Below are positions 61,081 to 64,000 of a stretch of DNA of 64,000 nucleotides, piece after piece; positions within the stretch are counted from its first letter, which is position 1; every line of letters begins with the position of its first letter. The notes beneath the pieces were generated by a model that was not told the origin of the DNA, ran no database searches, and was given only the letters and a program-made list of their open reading frames with translations. The stretch spans positions 32,001 through 96,000 of the forward strand of contig JBFRWN010000013.1 in assembly GCA_051439605.1 (NCBI GenBank), in the 5' to 3' direction. Position numbers and translations under genes: made by a program. Source of the stretch: Synechococcus sp. (GTDB lineage Bacteria > Cyanobacteriota > Cyanobacteriia > Thermostichales > PCC-7336).

Positions 61081-61803
61081 ATGCTGTTTCGACAACTCTT
61101 CGATCGCGAAACCAGCACCTATTCCTATCTGATTGCAGATTTGGGCATCAAAGAAGCCGTTCTAGTCGATCCGGTTCTGGAGCAGGTCGATCGCGATATC
61201 AAATTGTTGACAGAGCTAGGGCTAACGTTGCGGTACAGCCTCGAAACCCACGTTCACGCCGACCATATTACGGGTTCTGGCATGCTGCGCGATCGATTGG
61301 GATCTCAGAGCATTGTGCCGGAAGGTTCACCGGTACCCTGTGCGGATCGCTTCATTGCCTCTGGTGAGGTGTTGCAACTGGGCCGACTTGGTATTGCCGC
61401 GATTGACACTCCTGGACACACCAACAGCCATATGGCTTATCTCGTCAATGACGATCGCGTCCTCACTGGAGACGCCCTCTTCATTAGGGGATGTGGACGC
61501 ACAGATTTCCAAAGCGGCGATGCGGGTACGCTTTATGACTCGGTGACCAACAGACTTTTCTCGCTGTTTGACAACACACTGGTCTATCCCGGACACGACT
61601 ATCTAGGTCAAACGGTCTCCACAATCGGTGAAGAAAAACGCTGGAATCCTAGGTTTACTAACCCCGATGCACCAAGGGGGACGTTACGCGATCGCAACAG
61701 CTTCATCGAGCTAATGGACAAACTCCACCTCCCCAAGCCACAAAAAATTGCAGAGGCAGTTCCCGCCAACGAACATTGCGGCAAGCCGCTTTCTACTGTC
61801 TAA
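61081..61803 (+). CDS. MBL-fold persulfide dioxygenase (ETHE1-like)
   Basis: FRQLFD.ETSTYSYL, ETHVHADHITG, TPGHT, TGDALFIRGCGRTDFQ, YPGHDY, STIGEEK..NPR. Confidence 0.92.
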   Translation: MLFRQLFDRETSTYSYLIADLGIKEAVLVDPVLEQVDRDIKLLTELGLTLRYSLETHVHADHITGSGMLRDRLGSQSIVPEGSPVPCADRFIASGEVLQLGRLGIAAIDTPGHTNSHMAYLVNDDRVLTGDALFIRGCGRTDFQSGDAGTLYDSVTNRLFSLFDNTLVYPGHDYLGQTVSTIGEEKRWNPRFTNPDAPRGTLRDRNSFIELMDKLHLPKPQKIAEAVPANEHCGKPLSTV

Positions 61804-61960
61804 TTAATGATGTAGAGCTCTTGCAGCACCCGCTTCGGTTTTCATTAACAAGTCAGTGTCCAATTTATTTAAAAGAATGTCACGATTGAATTGCAGCGGA
61901 AACATTTCCTGACTTTAAAGTGCAAATACAGGCCTGAATTAATTGTCTGGCGTTATCAAA

Positions 61961-62149
61961 TCATTTGGCTGGAAAGGTAACTTTTTGGAGAGCCATCTCT
62001 TGGTGCAGTCGCTTGGGGCACTCTTCCCAGTTCTTTTCTGGGCAGCTAAGGTGTCGACAGTCAAATTCACAGGCGGAAACATCTGCTGGGACTTCAGTGG
62101 CAATGCTAGCTTTTAGCCGTTCGATGAAAGCCGATAATTTAGAGAACAT
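61961..62149 (-). CDS. Small Cys-rich hypothetical protein
   Basis: 62 aa with EVP.DVSACEFDCR..SC....W..C..R. The four Cys could bind metal. Confidence 0.55.
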   Translation of the reverse strand: MFSKLSAFIERLKASIATEVPADVSACEFDCRHLSCPEKNWEECPKRLHQEMALQKVTFPAK

Positions 62150-62445
62150 GCGCTTTACCCATGGATTGGAGATCTGTGGAGTCTATCTGTAGAATAAAAT
62201 TTACAACGCGCTCATATGCTGATGTATTGTGCATAACTTCAAAGTAAACTTGATCGGCATTTTTTTCGTCTTCAACCGCTTGCTAGATAGGGGATCTGAG
62301 TCTTCATGAGGAATATATTTTGATATTTTGACTGCGTTGCCTCTTAGGCCTACCAATAATTTTACGCTGAATAGTTCTGGTAAAGTCTTCTAAACAATAA
62401 ACTCTTTACAATCGTAAATGGCCTACTTTAGCTTTAGATTGTCTT

Positions 62446-63611
62446 CAAGACTATCTCATTTAAAAATGTCCATAATGTGTTTGAAGTTTGTCCGCATCTG
62501 CGCTGTGCTTGAGCCATATTAGTGAACCCATAATCTCGATACAGGTTGAGGGCAAAGTTGCAAGCTAGGGCAAAGGTCTGTACGAGAGGAGTCGTGCGAA
62601 TCCGAGACTTGCCCTCTGCCTGAGTGACATCTCGAGCATAGTGAACCTTGTTTTCGCCTCCCCCAATAGCCGCGAATTCGTGCAGCTATTTCCGCTGTGT
62701 TCTCTGAAAAAGAGCAGAGGTAATAACGAGTTTTGTGGGTGACCACATTCATATTGTGCAACAGCTGTTCGCGTATGAACTGCACTCGAATGACGCTTTG
62801 AAGCCCCGGCCAATCTGGCAGGTTCTCGATTTGATGACAAACTTGGGTGACTCGGCGTTCGACGCGCCCATGTCCCTTCCCGATCTCCAGGTATTCCTGC
62901 TCGGGGGCAATTTGCTGCTGGACGGCAGCAAATAGGTTCGGCTGATTCCCCTTCAGGGCTGCCAAATAATGGTTGCCGCTCTCAACAATGGTCTGGCAAG
63001 TTTTTTTGCGTGTCGATCTCGTCAAAAGCAAACACGACACCCTTGAGGGCCAATTGTTCGATGAAGTCTGGAAGAGCGGTAATCTCGTTGGTTTTGCGCT
63101 CCACCTCATAGGAAGGCAAGTTTCATCCTCGCTCTACAATGTAGGCACTCACGAGCATGATGGCTGGATAGGGCTTGCAGTGTAGGTTGTCGTCTTCTCT
63201 TAGATAGGAGTCTTTAAGGACTTTGCCATCCATGGTGATGGTTTCTCCAACCTCTGGTTCAATCTCAAAAAATTCGGCTAGACACTGAGAGTAGTCTCGA
63301 TAGTCAACATTGAGTAGGACATGGCGGATGGTGCTGTAGGACGGCAATCGCCGTTTGGATGGGTCAAACCAGGCTAGTAACTGGTCTCGGTAGCTCTTCA
63401 GCCAGTCGCCAATCGCTAGAAATCCTTGATTGCCCGCAACTACCGCCAAAGTAAACAAGGCTAAGCAGAGCGTCTGGGTATACCGTTGACCGACTGAGCG
63501 GCATGGGTCCTCAAGCTGTGCAAACGCTTCCACTATGGCTGGCTTTGGCATCACACTTACAACCTCAATGCCTCACCATAAACTCTCATGCTTATGAACA
63601 AAATAGCCTTG
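62446..63611 (-). pseudogene. Degenerate ISAs1-family element with frameshifted transposase
   Basis: Fragments LEDP, LPSYSTIR, MDGK, YLAALKGNQ, HGRVERR and IRGYWG are spread over several frames. Weak end repeats CAAGACTATCTC (62446) and CAAGGCTATTTT (63611, reverse complement). Confidence 0.8.
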
Positions 63612-63776
63612 CCCGATCCCCCCACTGCCACCTTGATGACAGAGTCTTACAGAAACTGACATCAACAAGGCTATGACAAGGCTCAAGCTTTACAGCAAGC
63701 AATGTTAAAGACGATGGACACTCACCCACACCCCCGCGATTGGGCCGCTTTCACCCCGATCGGAGAAGTAGATTAA
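63612..63776 (+). pseudogene. C-terminal remnant of a CHAT (caspase-like) domain protein
   Basis: PDPPTATLMTESYRN*HQQGYDKAQALQQAMLKTMDTHPHPRDWAAFTPIGEVD* has the hallmark CHAT C-terminus (A.AL..AM, P..WAAF..G). It has an internal TGA at 63657 and begins exactly at the IS end. Confidence 0.8.
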
Positions 63777-63909
63777 CCGCGAGAAGTCACCAATCCATAA
63801 AGCATTCAGCAGTGAGAGCCTTGCCGTTACCATCACTGCAAATCAAGACAAACCTACAGATCCATTAAAGTAAAGATATATAAACGTTCCTCAATCAGGA
63901 ATTGGCCCC

Positions 63910-64000
63910 ATGGACATTCAAAAAATCCTCTACGTCCGCCTCCCCTGCAATCCCATCTTTCCGATTGGGGCCGTTTACCTTGCCGACCACGTCCACAAGC
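63910..64000 (+). CDS. N-terminus of a B12-binding/radical SAM protein (Slr0320-like), partial
   Basis: MDIQKILYVRLPCNPIFPIGAVYLADHVHK matches my recollection of the N-terminus of this cyanobacterial family. Confidence 0.75.
   Translation, partial: MDIQKILYVRLPCNPIFPIGAVYLADHVHK

Noticed and set aside
1..64000. CRISPR array, rRNA, or retron/group II intron reverse transcriptase
   Set aside because: By eye I saw no regularly spaced repeat-spacer pattern, rRNA-like sequence or RT motifs. The recurrent GCGATCGC is the ordinary cyanobacterial HIP1.

Overview
Cyanobacterial chromosomal window. The evidence is abundant HIP1 octamers (GCGATCGC), plastocyanin, a CpcD-type linker domain, bioU and an mgdA-like gene. 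Positions 1 to about 11.15 kb are an integrative element sitting next to the 3' end of a tRNA-Thr(TGT) gene. Its backbone is a tyrosine integrase, an excisionase-like protein, a Zn-finger/TOPRIM/AAA primase-helicase, a hypothetical protein and a small ribbon-helix-helix gene that the ORF track misses. Its cargo is a tightly linked three-gene operon: STAND(NACHT)-TPR NTPase -> MFS transporter -> APH/choline-kinase-like phosphotransferase. This operon is the best candidate for an undescribed system. I did not find the element's far boundary in the window. The remaining ~53 kb is mostly core genome (glyQ, gshB-grxC, rsmG, ftsEX, pdhAB, clpB, bioU, guaB3-like, bioD, petE, ftsI-like PBP, aas, ktrB, atpC, rnc and others). 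It is interrupted by an IS701-family element with a 5-bp TSD, an ISAs1 element with a 10-bp TSD, and several ISAs1 remnants including a possible MITE. No CRISPR array or rRNA gene was seen. All family calls come from motif recognition by eye, not database searches.
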